Shown here: in pieces, positions 18,621-28,451 of the stretch | How the letters are laid out: every line of letters begins with the position of its first letter | Position numbering within the stretch: the first letter of the stretch is position 1 | Assembly (NCBI GenBank): GCA_048270185.1 | Contig: JBLWTJ010000003.1 | Location: forward strand, 128,001-192,000 | Reading direction: 5' to 3' | Length of the DNA stretch: 64,000 nt | Origin: Bacteriovoracaceae bacterium | GTDB lineage: Bacteria; Bdellovibrionota; Bacteriovoracia; Bacteriovoracales; Bacteriovoracaceae | Notes under the pieces: model-generated | The model's input: only the letters and a program-made list of their open reading frames with translations | The model's database searches: none | Told to the model about the DNA's origin: nothing | Position numbers and translations under genes: made by a program

Positions 18621-18947
18621 ATGAAAGATGCAAAAATTGTTTGGTCAGATGACGGTGGTGATCTTCGAAAAAAGAACACGGCCACAAAAGATGGTGAAGT
18701 TAATGAATCTGAACTTGTTTTAAATATTAGACGTCTTACCTCAGGTAAAGGGCGTGCAATTATAGAAATTACTAATCTTCCGGAAAATAAGAAGTGGTGC
18801 CAAAAGCTGGCAAAGGAGATGAAGAAGTCTCTTGGCGTTGGTGGTGCTTATAAGAATGATTATATCGAAGTTCACGGTGAAAAACTTGAAGCGGTAAAAG
18901 AGCTTCTCAATAAGAAGTCACTTAAGTGGAAACAAATAGGTGGCTAG
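18621..18947 (+). CDS. yciH: Translation initiation factor SUI1/YciH family
   Basis: LAKEMKKSLGVGG and IEVHGE motifs, C-terminal GG. Confidence 0.85.
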   Translation: MKDAKIVWSDDGGDLRKKNTATKDGEVNESELVLNIRRLTSGKGRAIIEITNLPENKKWCQKLAKEMKKSLGVGGAYKNDYIEVHGEKLEAVKELLNKKSLKWKQIGG

Positions 18948-19133
18948 AGGCCCACGAAAAGAAATAAATTATAACTACTTAAAATTTAAGAAAAATCTTA
19001 AGCATTAAGGGGATTCTCACTCTCTTGATACTAGTGTTTAATCTTTAAACGTTCAATCTCATTATTTCAAAATGAATCCTCTCGATATCGAGATATGTTA
19101 TTTATAAGGAAACTAAATCGGAGAGAAATACGA

Positions 19134-19916
19134 ATGAAGAAAGCTATTATCCTGTCAACACTTGCCTTAATTTCAACAACAGTATTTGCTAATAGTATCG
19201 ATGAGGGCCTATCAACTTGTCGCTTCTCTAGTAAGTCTGCGGCCATTGACTTTGCACGTGCTCTTGATGGTTCTTCAAAGGCTTCTTATCGTTTATCTCA
19301 AGATGATCGCGACCAAGTTGAGGCTTGTTCGACTGCTATGACCATGGCCATCTCAGAAGGTGTCTCTTATGAAGAGCTTTCAATGCAGCTTGTGACGGAT
19401 CGTAATCATATTCAAAATGGAAGAGAGCTAAGAATTGATCTATATGGAAAAGATCGCTTCAAAGTTGAAAAGAATAAACTCATTGGAACTAAGTCTTCAG
19501 TTGAGGCAAAAATAAATATGCTCATCAATACTTATGGTGAAATCAATCATATTCAACAAAATCTGCCAGAGGAAATAGACGATAATCAGATGGGTATGGA
19601 AGTTATTTCAAAAAATGAAGTTCGTTTAACTCATAAGATCAGTAAGCTTGATACAGTTGTAAAAGCAAAAATTAAGAAATCAATACTTGGTAAGATTAAA
19701 TCAATTTCAATCTCCTCAAGTGAGCTTGAAAATGCACTCCGTCCGACTCTTGAGGCCAAAGGAATGCTCTTTGCAAAAGGCTTTGAGATGAATACGAAAG
19801 ATGTTTCATTTTCAATGGACTACGAAATTTCGGGAATGGAATGCGAAATTGATAAGCTTAGTGAAGAATTAGAGTGCCTTTCTTCATTTAAATTTGAATT
19901 GGCCGCGAAGTTCTAA
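19134..19916 (+). CDS. Secreted hypothetical protein
   Basis: Signal peptide starting at M14 behind GGAG. Confidence 0.75.
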   Translation: MKKAIILSTLALISTTVFANSIDEGLSTCRFSSKSAAIDFARALDGSSKASYRLSQDDRDQVEACSTAMTMAISEGVSYEELSMQLVTDRNHIQNGRELRIDLYGKDRFKVEKNKLIGTKSSVEAKINMLINTYGEINHIQQNLPEEIDDNQMGMEVISKNEVRLTHKISKLDTVVKAKIKKSILGKIKSISISSSELENALRPTLEAKGMLFAKGFEMNTKDVSFSMDYEISGMECEIDKLSEELECLSSFKFELAAKF

Positions 19917-19930
19917 TGCCTTAAATAATT

Positions 19931-19957
19931 GCTGGGACTTATCCCCCAAGTCCCAGC
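19931..19957 (+). terminator. Stem-loop after the 19134..19916 gene
   Basis: GCTGGGACTT-N7-AAGTCCCAGC; no clear U tract. Confidence 0.5.
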
Positions 19958-20043
19958 TAACTCATTAAAATCATATCAAAACCAACAAAAAGATTTAATC
20001 TCCGATATAATTACTCCGTTAAGAGTATGTAGAGAGGTTATAT

Positions 20044-21138
20044 ATGAGAAAGTCAGTCGTTTTATTTCTAGCACTTATACTTACGCAAGCTGCGTTTGCC
20101 AAAATGATTCATGAGAAAGAAGAGTATACATCTCATGATATGGTAAAAGATTTTGCGCTGGAGCGTGCTTACAAACGATTTCTCAATGTAACCAAAGAGT
20201 ATAATAAGAAGAGAGTTCAAAAACAGGACTTCGCTCAAACTTTTAGTGATTTGAATGATCGTCATCGCTATCTTGATTGGTTAGCTCAAAATGAAGTAGC
20301 AGTTCTGCCTCAGGCCAATATAAAAAATGGCGTCGCTATTATCAAAGTTGGTAAACATGAAATTCAATACTCTATTAAGACTCTAGCTGGAAATTACTTC
20401 TTACTAAATAACAAGCCAGTGGCATTAAAGAAGAGATCGTTTAATGAGTCTTTAAAATATATTAAAGGACTTGTTAAGGGGACAAAGAAGGTTACTCTCT
20501 TTGACTTAATAGTAGGGCCTGCTTATGCCGATGCTATGACAAGACTTGAGAATACTCTTATTGCAACAATTCTCTATATTAGCCATGACTTCAATGAAAG
20601 AGAGTGGTGTATTACGTGTGCAGATGAAAACCTAGCTGTTACTCAAAAAAATATTGATAAGCTTCTAAGTAAGATGAAAGGCTATTTAGATTCTTGTGAG
20701 AATGAAACATATGATGTTGAAGAAATTTATTATCAGTTAGATTTATTTACAGAAGGTGATGAGACTGCCTTTAGAAAGACTTCAGTTGATCGTCTTAAGA
20801 ATTTCTTTCCAGAGATTACAAATAATCTAAAAGATGTGACATGTGAGAACATGGTTTATAAAGCTTTTAGCGATAAGGTAACAACTGGAAAAGGTAATAA
20901 TTCAGGCTATTGGACAACATCAGTTCAAAGGGCCAATGGGAGAGCTCACTTTGAGGAAAGCTATAAGAAATTGATTCAAGATAAGTGTAATATTGTGCAA
21001 CAGCTTAATGCTTGTATGCTTAATCGAAACTATGCTGTTAGAGATGTATATGATGAATTACGCTCTCCTGGAGATAAAGAATATAGCCGTCGAACTCCAA
21101 TGAGTAAGACTTATAAAGTTAGAGGTATTTCTAAATAG
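20044..21138 (+). CDS. Secreted hypothetical protein
   Basis: 364 aa, signal peptide ending AFA, GAGG RBS. Confidence 0.8.
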   Translation: MRKSVVLFLALILTQAAFAKMIHEKEEYTSHDMVKDFALERAYKRFLNVTKEYNKKRVQKQDFAQTFSDLNDRHRYLDWLAQNEVAVLPQANIKNGVAIIKVGKHEIQYSIKTLAGNYFLLNNKPVALKKRSFNESLKYIKGLVKGTKKVTLFDLIVGPAYADAMTRLENTLIATILYISHDFNEREWCITCADENLAVTQKNIDKLLSKMKGYLDSCENETYDVEEIYYQLDLFTEGDETAFRKTSVDRLKNFFPEITNNLKDVTCENMVYKAFSDKVTTGKGNNSGYWTTSVQRANGRAHFEESYKKLIQDKCNIVQQLNACMLNRNYAVRDVYDELRSPGDKEYSRRTPMSKTYKVRGISK

Positions 21139-21170
21139 GAAGTTAGGGGAAACTGTGTTAAAAGGTCTTC

Positions 21171-21677
21171 ATGGAAGAAATATTTGAAAATATACTAGAT
21201 AAAATTGAGTTTAAGAAACAGCAGAAATTTGCGGAACTACTTCCAAAGTGTATCCATATTTCTAGTGATTCATCTAAAAGTACCTATGCGATTTATGAAA
21301 ATTTAATCTTCAAGCTTGATACTTTCTTCAAAGGTTTTGAGAATTTCCAAAATGAATTCGGAAGAGATAAGAAGTATATTGCCGCTTGCCATGCTCTAGG
21401 TGCAATTTTTGAAGAGCTTGGTTTTGATATTGAAAAAGAAGAACTTTTTATTCTCTATCATATTCGTGACCTTGGAAAATTTAGAAAACGTGAAAAAGAT
21501 CTTCACGATGAACTTAAAAAGTTATGGTCAAATTATCCATATAAAGAATTTGCCATGGATGATCAGGATTTCTCTCACTCGCTAAAGAATCTGATGAGAA
21601 TGAAGTTAATTGATTATCGTCGTGGAAACCTACACTCTAAGCAATCTGTAATTATTCGTTTTAGAAATCGTTATTAA
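21171..21677 (+). CDS. Hypothetical cytoplasmic protein (possible C-terminal winged helix)
   Basis: 168-aa ORF overlapping the recQ 3' end; fold assignment is a guess. Confidence 0.65.
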   Translation: MEEIFENILDKIEFKKQQKFAELLPKCIHISSDSSKSTYAIYENLIFKLDTFFKGFENFQNEFGRDKKYIAACHALGAIFEELGFDIEKEELFILYHIRDLGKFRKREKDLHDELKKLWSNYPYKEFAMDDQDFSHSLKNLMRMKLIDYRRGNLHSKQSVIIRFRNRY

Positions 21678-23526
21678 GCGCTTCCAGAAATAACTTACCA
21701 AAGCGTTTTAACTTCTTTGGGCCAACACCATAGATTGATTCAAGATCATCAAGAGTTTGAGGGCGAAGGGAAGCCATCTCCATCAGAGTTTTATCTGGAA
21801 AAATCTTAAAGGCCTGAGTACGCTTTTGTTTGGCAAGCTTTGAGCGAAATACTTTAAGATTTTCAAATGTTGTTTTTGCACTACCATCATTAGGTTTATA
21901 CGTGACAGTGGAACTTTTACGAGAGGCTTTCTTTCTAGTGGCCTTCTTCTTTACTGGCTTGGCCTTGGCCGCAGGAGCACCTTTTTTGAAATCCGCTCGA
22001 ATAAAGACTTCTTTGCGATCTTCAATGACATCGATGGCCGATTGAGTAAGTCTTATTTGAGAAGTACCATCCATAATCATCTTAAGATGACCTTGAGCGA
22101 TGAGTTGACGGCAAAGAGAGTAGAGGTAGCCTTCGTCTTCGTCTTTACAATGGGCAAAGCTTGTTATGTGGTGATGGCCATTCTTTTGAATTGCACCTCC
22201 AATATTTCCTTTTAAGACATCCACAATATAGTGAACATTATAGCGCTGATCGATTTCATAGACACAAGTAAGAACAGTTTTGGCCTGCTTTGTGGCATCG
22301 ACAAGTTTCTGCTTAGTTTGAGCATTAAGGCAAATATCACAATTTCCACATGGGCCCTGATAATGATCATTAAAATAATTTAGAAGAACTTCGCGGCGAC
22401 AAGTCGTCGCTTCACTAAAGCCAAGGATCGCATCAAGTTTCTCTTCGTTGACTCGACGACGGGCCGCTGAGCCGACTCCCTTATTGGCAATTCTCTTTAA
22501 GAGTACAAGATCTCGAAGCCCATAGAACATTAATGCCTTTGAAGGAAGGCCATCACGTCCGGCGCGTCCAGTTTCTTGATAATAGGACTCAAGACATTTT
22601 GGCATATCCATGTGAGCGACAAAGCGTACATCGGCCTTATCAATTCCCATTCCAAATGCAATTGTTGCGACAACGATAACTTCTTTATCATTGATAAATT
22701 TATCTTGGACTTTTTCCCGATAGGCAGTGCTCATTCCTGCGTGGTAGGCATAGGCCTTAAAACCGGCCTTAACTAATTTGTCGGCACATTCTTCAACGCC
22801 TCTGCGTGAAAGGCAATAAACAATACCGGATTGATTATCGAGATTGGCCTCCACGAATTGTTCTAGTTTGTAGAAGTCTTTTTCTTTTGTCGTCTTCTTT
22901 TGAACAGCGTAGCTTATATTTGGCCTGTCAAATGAGCTAATAAATATATCGGCCGTATGTAGATCAAGGCAGCGAATAATTTCTCCACGAGTGGCTTCAC
23001 CGGCCGTTGCTGTCAGAGCTATTCTTGGTACATTTGGAAATTTCTTTGCGATCATTCCAAGTTGCATATATTCAGGTCTGAAGTCATGGCCCCACTGAGA
23101 AACACAGTGGGCCTCATCAATGGCAAAGAGAGAGATTTCAATTCGTTCGAGGATTCTTTGAAAATACTCATTCATCATTCGCTCTGGAGAAACGTAGAGA
23201 ATCTTAATATTTCCGTTTAAAAGATTTCCAACGATATCATCTTGTTCACTATGACTAATTGAAGAGTTTAAGAAGGCCGCTTCAATGCCGCGATCAATTA
23301 GGGCATCAACTTGATCCTTCATAAGGGCAATCAGAGGAGAGATGACAACGGCCGTTCCCGAGCGCGCCAATCCTGGAATCTGATAACACAAAGACTTCCC
23401 ACCACCAGTGGGCATGAGAACCAGAGCATTATTTCCAGCAATAACGCTTTCCACAATTTCTTCCTGATTTCCACGAAATGATTCGTAGCCAAAAATTTGA
23501 TTAAGTATCTGTAGTCCTTCTCTCAC
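21661..23526 (-). CDS. recQ: DNA helicase RecQ
   Basis: [27 protein letters not shown] and [10 protein letters not shown] motifs, Zn-binding cysteines, RQC and HRDC domains. Confidence 0.97.
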   Translation of the reverse strand: MREGLQILNQIFGYESFRGNQEEIVESVIAGNNALVLMPTGGGKSLCYQIPGLARSGTAVVISPLIALMKDQVDALIDRGIEAAFLNSSISHSEQDDIVGNLLNGNIKILYVSPERMMNEYFQRILERIEISLFAIDEAHCVSQWGHDFRPEYMQLGMIAKKFPNVPRIALTATAGEATRGEIIRCLDLHTADIFISSFDRPNISYAVQKKTTKEKDFYKLEQFVEANLDNQSGIVYCLSRRGVEECADKLVKAGFKAYAYHAGMSTAYREKVQDKFINDKEVIVVATIAFGMGIDKADVRFVAHMDMPKCLESYYQETGRAGRDGLPSKALMFYGLRDLVLLKRIANKGVGSAARRRVNEEKLDAILGFSEATTCRREVLLNYFNDHYQGPCGNCDICLNAQTKQKLVDATKQAKTVLTCVYEIDQRYNVHYIVDVLKGNIGGAIQKNGHHHITSFAHCKDEDEGYLYSLCRQLIAQGHLKMIMDGTSQIRLTQSAIDVIEDRKEVFIRADFKKGAPAAKAKPVKKKATRKKASRKSSTVTYKPNDGSAKTTFENLKVFRSKLAKQKRTQAFKIFPDKTLMEMASLRPQTLDDLESIYGVGPKKLKRFGKLFLEALNNDF

Positions 23527-23657
23527 TTAATTAGTTTAACCGATCAAAGACAGGCCAGCAAAGCATTATCAACCCTAATGTTAATTCTTTGTAAAAAAGC
23601 GAATTGAGCTTCGCTATTTTTGCTGTGATGCCCTAGAATACTTAAATTGGAGACTCT

Positions 23658-24248
23658 ATGAATAAATTATTATTAGTTCTATTAATTAGTTTTTCGACTT
23701 TAGCTGGAAGTAAGGTGCTATTTCTTGGTGATTCATTAACGGCCGGCTACGGAATAGATCCAGAGAAAGCCTACCCAAATCTAGTAAGAGATATTTTGAA
23801 GAAAGAGGGTATCGAGATCACTGTGATGAATGCAAGCATTAGTGGTTCAACCTCAGCGTCGGCCATGTCTAGACTTAAGTGGTCTCTACGTGGGAAGCCG
23901 GATGTCATGTTGCTGGCCCTTGGAGCAAATGATGGCCTTCGTGGAATTAAGCTTACAAGTACGAAAGAGAATTTAAAAGAGGCCATTAAACTAGCAAAAT
24001 CAAAAGGTGTAAAAGTGATCTTGGCCGGAATGCAAATTCCTCCAAATTACGGGCCTGAATATACAAGAGAATTTAAACAAATGTTTCCCGATCTAAAAAA
24101 AGAAGAGGGAATAACTCTTTTGCCATTCTTACTTAAGGGAGTTGCAGGAGATCGAAAGTTAAATATTGATGACGGAATACATCCAAATGAAGAAGGTCAC
24201 AAGGTCATTGCAAAAACAGTGGCACCATTTATTAAGGAGGCCCTATGA
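23658..24248 (+). CDS. tesA: Periplasmic arylesterase/thioesterase I (SGNH)
   Basis: GDSLTAGYG, LGANDGLRG, PPNYG and DGIHP motifs. Confidence 0.93.
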   Translation: MNKLLLVLLISFSTLAGSKVLFLGDSLTAGYGIDPEKAYPNLVRDILKKEGIEITVMNASISGSTSASAMSRLKWSLRGKPDVMLLALGANDGLRGIKLTSTKENLKEAIKLAKSKGVKVILAGMQIPPNYGPEYTREFKQMFPDLKKEEGITLLPFLLKGVAGDRKLNIDDGIHPNEEGHKVIAKTVAPFIKEAL

Positions 24249-24922
24249 CACAATTAGTTCTATCTCTTAAAGAAGTAAGAAAAGACTTCTCTCAAGGAGA
24301 AGATATTCTAAACGTTTTAAAAGGTGTTGATCTCAATGTTTCTGAAGGAGAGACGCTGGCAATCCTTGGAAAATCGGGAAGTGGTAAATCAACTCTACTA
24401 TCACTCCTTTGTGGAATTGATCACGCAACAAGTGGGGATATTACGTATCGTGAAAACTCGTTAAAAGAATTAAATAGCGAAGAGATAACTGATCTTCGTG
24501 CTAAGCATATTGGAGTTGTCTTTCAACAATTTCACTTACTCGAGCACTTAAATGCCTATGAGAATGTTCTTCTACCTCTAGAGGTAAACGGGCAAGCTCA
24601 TCAAAGAGATCGTGTTGATTACTTCTTAGAGAAAGTCGGAATGAATCACCGAAGAAATCACTTTCCTAATCAATTGAGTGGGGGAGAAAAACAGCGTATT
24701 GCCATTGCTCGCGCCCTTGTGACACATCCTGGAGTCTTACTCGCTGATGAGCCAAGTGGAAGTCTTGATGAGAATACAGGTAATGAAGTCATGGATCTAA
24801 TTTTTGATATTGTTCGTGATGAGAAAATGAGTCTGGTTCTTGTGACTCACGATAAGGACTTAGCAAAGAGATGCGAAAAAATTTATCATCTTGAAAATGG
24901 AGTCCTTAGTCTTGAAGCTTAG
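24245..24922 (+). CDS. ybbA: ABC transporter ATP-binding protein (YbbA/LolD-like)
   Basis: GKSGSGKST, LSGGEKQR and LADEP motifs; lies between tesA and the permease. Confidence 0.85.
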   Translation: MTQLVLSLKEVRKDFSQGEDILNVLKGVDLNVSEGETLAILGKSGSGKSTLLSLLCGIDHATSGDITYRENSLKELNSEEITDLRAKHIGVVFQQFHLLEHLNAYENVLLPLEVNGQAHQRDRVDYFLEKVGMNHRRNHFPNQLSGGEKQRIAIARALVTHPGVLLADEPSGSLDENTGNEVMDLIFDIVRDEKMSLVLVTHDKDLAKRCEKIYHLENGVLSLEA

Positions 24923-27401
24923 AATGGTCTTAAGGGAGCTTCGTTCAAGCCCCGTCTTCTTTTTAATATTTGTTTTAAACCTATCAATCGGAATGGTTGG
25001 GCTCTCTACAATTGAAGTCTTTAAGGCCTCTTTTGATAGCGCTCTTAGCGCAAAGTCTAAGTCTCTTTTAGGTTCGGATATTTCTGTCAGCTCTCGTATC
25101 GCTATCACTAAAGATAGTGAAGAGATTGCTCAAACTAATCTCGACTACAGTGAGATGACTCGCAATCGCTCTCTCTATTCGATGCTCTTTAATGGAGAAA
25201 AGTCTCGCTTAGTAAATGTTAGAGGTCTAGGAGAAGGTTTTCCTTATTACGGAGAGATCAAGGCCAAAAGTGGCAAGAGTTTTAAAGAGATTAAAGATAA
25301 TGAAGTCTTTATTTACCCTGAGCTAGTTGGACAACTAGGCCTTGAAGTTGGAGGTACTGTAAAGATTGGAACAAAGGTCTTTAAAGTTGCTGGCATTGTG
25401 GAAGAAGATGGTTCGGCAGGCTTTTCTATGGGGCAACTTGCACCAAGACTCTATCTTAAAAATGAAGTTTTAAATGAGACGAACCTTATTAAACCTGGTT
25501 CGACTTTGTGGCGTTCAATGCACTTTAAGCTTAAAAAGAACCACGACGACAAAGAACTTAGAATAATTGAAAAGAATCTCGAATCAAAAATAATTGATTC
25601 TTCGATTCGAATTCGTTCTCCTAAGTCTAATTCGGAAAGAGTTGGACGTTCCATGGACTACCTCAGTGACTTTCTAGGGCTTGTTTCTCTGTGTGGATTA
25701 TTTCTAGCAGGTCTTGGTCTAATCTATTTATTTCGCGGCTTCTTACTTAAGAGAAGAAAGGATCTGGCCATTCTAAGCTTTATTGGAATGAAGAAGAAGG
25801 ATATCTTTAAGATTTATACACTAAAGTTACTTCTGCTTGGCCTTGTGGGATCACTTCTAGGAATTATTATCGGAAGTGCATTTGGCCCAGTCATTCAAAC
25901 TATGATTAGTAAGAATCTTGGCATTGATATAAAACTTAAGTTTAGCTTTGTGACTTTCTTTGTCACTATGACCGTAGGGGTTGCCTCAACTGTTGTACTT
26001 TCTCCTGCCTTGATCATCCCTTATCTTCGTCTTGATCAGAAGGCCTTATTTGAACACGACTCAAGTCTTTCAAAGAATTTCTATGACTATCTTCTCTATA
26101 TTCCAATTATTCTCTTTTATTGGGGGATGGCCATTTACTTAAGCTCTAGCGTGGTTATAGGCAGTGCCTTTATTGGAGTCTTCTTAGTCATTTTAGGCGT
26201 TTTCTTTCCTCTTGGGAGTTTCTTATTAGAGAGATTTAGTAGGCTCAATCTAAGGCTTAATTTGTCTTCAAGTATGGCCTTTAAGTACGTTACTCGCCAT
26301 AAGGTTTCAACTCTCTTTATCTTCTTATGTCTCTTTATTTCAACGAGCTTAATGACTCTTATTCCTTCGGTTAAAAATATTATTGGGGCCGAGCTCTCAA
26401 TGCCGGCCGAAGAAAGACCGATCTACTTCCTCTTTGATATTCAGCCCGAGCAAGTCGATGAGTTAAAAGAATTTATCAGCGATAAGAAGTTAGATATTTT
26501 AAATTTAAGCCCAATGGTTCGCGGCCGATTAGTTAAGATTAATGGGGAAGGCTATAAACCTCAAGAAGGTGAAAATCTTACTCGTGAAGAACAACGAGAA
26601 CAAAGAAGCCGCAACCGAAGCTCTAACCTCAGTTATCGTGATCATCTCGTGCGTGGAGAAGAGATTATCGAAGGCCGCTTACCTCAAAAATTTGATTTTG
26701 AAAAAGATGAGTTTGCAGAAGTTGGACTCGAGTATCGATACGCTAGTCGCTTAGGTGTGAAACTTGGCGACGAACTTGAATATAATGTTCTAGGGATGCC
26801 AATCCTAGCAAAAGTCGTTGCCCTTAGATCAATTCGTTGGACAAGCTTTCTACCTAACTTCTTTATTTCTTTCGGACCAGGTGTACTTGAAGATGCGCCA
26901 AAGACTTATATTGCAGCAATAGGTATGGGAAGTGCTATTGTTAATGATGAGCTTCAATCTCAATTCGCTCAGAAATTTCAAAATGTTTCTCTCATTGATA
27001 TTCAAAGCTCTCTTAAAAGAGTTGCTGCTATTATGGAGAGTATTACAAAGATTCTTGTTACCATGAGCTTCATTGTCTTCTTAGTGGGACTTCTTGTTAT
27101 CTACTCGCTTATCTCACACCAACTTGAATCACGTCGTAGTGATATTTCACTTTTAAATATTATTGGAATTCGTTACCGAGATATTAGAAAGTCCATTATG
27201 AAAGAGATGGCCTTAATGTCTCTTAGTGCTGTGGTTGTAGGAGTTGTCTTAGGACAACTTGTGACTTTTGCCGTAGCAAAACTTCAATTTGATTTGAATT
27301 ATGTCTTTAGTGGATTTGAGATTTTTAGTTTTGCGATTTTAATAATTGTTCTATCGATCTTAATTTCATTTTCTTCTTTTACTCGTTTTATTCGCAAATA
27401 A
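24897..27401 (+). CDS. ybbP: ABC transporter permease with duplicated FtsX/MacB domains (YbbP-like)
   Basis: Two TM clusters; FPYYG, FLFDIQP and WTSFLPNFF motifs; exact start uncertain (24891/24897). Confidence 0.85.
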   Translation: MESLVLKLRMVLRELRSSPVFFLIFVLNLSIGMVGLSTIEVFKASFDSALSAKSKSLLGSDISVSSRIAITKDSEEIAQTNLDYSEMTRNRSLYSMLFNGEKSRLVNVRGLGEGFPYYGEIKAKSGKSFKEIKDNEVFIYPELVGQLGLEVGGTVKIGTKVFKVAGIVEEDGSAGFSMGQLAPRLYLKNEVLNETNLIKPGSTLWRSMHFKLKKNHDDKELRIIEKNLESKIIDSSIRIRSPKSNSERVGRSMDYLSDFLGLVSLCGLFLAGLGLIYLFRGFLLKRRKDLAILSFIGMKKKDIFKIYTLKLLLLGLVGSLLGIIIGSAFGPVIQTMISKNLGIDIKLKFSFVTFFVTMTVGVASTVVLSPALIIPYLRLDQKALFEHDSSLSKNFYDYLLYIPIILFYWGMAIYLSSSVVIGSAFIGVFLVILGVFFPLGSFLLERFSRLNLRLNLSSSMAFKYVTRHKVSTLFIFLCLFISTSLMTLIPSVKNIIGAELSMPAEERPIYFLFDIQPEQVDELKEFISDKKLDILNLSPMVRGRLVKINGEGYKPQEGENLTREEQREQRSRNRSSNLSYRDHLVRGEEIIEGRLPQKFDFEKDEFAEVGLEYRYASRLGVKLGDELEYNVLGMPILAKVVALRSIRWTSFLPNFFISFGPGVLEDAPKTYIAAIGMGSAIVNDELQSQFAQKFQNVSLIDIQSSLKRVAAIMESITKILVTMSFIVFLVGLLVIYSLISHQLESRRSDISLLNIIGIRYRDIRKSIMKEMALMSLSAVVVGVVLGQLVTFAVAKLQFDLNYVFSGFEIFSFAILIIVLSILISFSSFTRFIRK

Positions 27402-27403
27402 AA

Positions 27404-27425
27404 AAGGCGACCCTAGAGTCGCCTT
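27404..27425. terminator. Intrinsic terminator between convergent genes
   Basis: AAGGCGAC-CCTAGA-GTCGCCTT with an A tract. Confidence 0.75.
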
Positions 27426-27443
27426 CGAGTAAGTATTGAAAAA

Positions 27444-28226
27444 TTACCAGTTATATCTTTCTGCACAGAAATAACGATAATTATTTGAGTAATAATTTAA
27501 GTCATCTCTTAGGTCTGCACACAGGTCATACCCAACAGAACAAGTGTAAGAGTAGAAAGTTCTCTCAACTGAGTCTGTGTAGCTATCAACAAGCTCATAA
27601 TTACATGAGTCGTATGAGCTGTAACGGTGACGGTATCCATTGTAGATAAAGTATGGATAGTCGTAATCCCAGTAGTAACCATCAGAATATGAAACAGATA
27701 CTCTTAGCCAGCGGTTATTGTAGACATAGATTGGTCTAACTGTTCGGTGGTAGTCACGTGGAATTCTCCAAGTGCGGTTATGTCTTACGTGATCACGGTA
27801 TGGAGTGTGACGATAGCGAGTGTAGGTACGAGTTGGTCTTGTTGTTGTGCGACGGTCGTCATATCTTCTATCATCGTAGCGTCTATCATCATATCTTCTG
27901 TCGTTATCACGTGTGCTTCTTCTATCATCATATCTTCTATCGTTATCACGCGTGCTTCTTCTATCATCATATCTTCTGTCGTTATCGCGCGTGCTTCTTC
28001 TATCGTCATAGCGTCTGTCATTATTGCGTGAGCGACTATTAGTGTAGTCTGTGTTTCTGTTAGAACGTGAGTCTCTTGAGTAGTCACGATTTGTATTTCT
28101 TGAATCTCTTGAATCTCTTGAGTTAGATCCGCGACGATCTCTATCATCACGTCTACTATTGCGAGATTGTGCAAATGTCGTTGCTGTCAGTGCTGTAACA
28201 ACGAGTAAAAGAACTAATTTTCTCAT
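27444..28226 (-). CDS. Secreted Arg/Asp/Tyr-rich repeat protein
   Basis: Signal peptide, RD-rich repeats and a Tyr-rich C-terminal domain with 4 Cys. Confidence 0.8.
   Translation of the reverse strand: MRKLVLLLVVTALTATTFAQSRNSRRDDRDRRGSNSRDSRDSRNTNRDYSRDSRSNRNTDYTNSRSRNNDRRYDDRRSTRDNDRRYDDRRSTRDNDRRYDDRRSTRDNDRRYDDRRYDDRRYDDRRTTTRPTRTYTRYRHTPYRDHVRHNRTWRIPRDYHRTVRPIYVYNNRWLRVSVSYSDGYYWDYDYPYFIYNGYRHRYSSYDSCNYELVDSYTDSVERTFYSYTCSVGYDLCADLRDDLNYYSNNYRYFCAERYNW
27852..28023 (-). repeat. Coding tandem repeat: 39-nt unit (NDRRYDDRRSTRD) x3, then 15-nt unit (RRYDD)
   Basis: Visible in both DNA (TTCTATCATCATATCTTC) and translation; boundaries approximate. Confidence 0.85.
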
Positions 28227-28400
28227 GGAAATTTCCCCCTAAATAAATAAAGATTTTATTTTTGATATCCTAGGGGCAAAGCTTTTTAAATTTAATTATC
28301 TTCTTAATTATTTTTAGGAGAATTCTTACAGCAAATTTTATGGGATTTTGGCTAGTTAGGAAAATTTCTTACAGTGCTGTGGGCCAAATAGTGGCAAAAA

Positions 28401-28441
28401 GGCCTCTTTTGATACTAGGTGATCCAGTAACAAAAGAGGCC
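28401..28441 (-). terminator. Intrinsic terminator of the ABC-F gene
   Basis: GGCCTCTTTTG...CAAAAGAGGCC stem with a minus-strand U tract. Confidence 0.7.
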
Positions 28442-28451
28442 ATATATTAGA

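Noticed and set aside
18591..18990. Repeated TAACTACTTA motif (18591, 18972; related at about 7699 and 44288)
   Set aside because: Short and AT-rich, resembling a degenerate IHF site; not enough to call a new repeat family.
24891..24922. Frameshifted ybbA-ybbP (MacB-like) fusion
   Set aside because: Both ORFs look complete, and a short overlap is normal for this operon.
27747..28174. CRISPR array or overlapping genes in the tandem repeat
   Set aside because: Units are multiples of 3 with wobble-position variation and no unique spacers; the alternate-frame ORFs are shadows of the low-complexity CDS.
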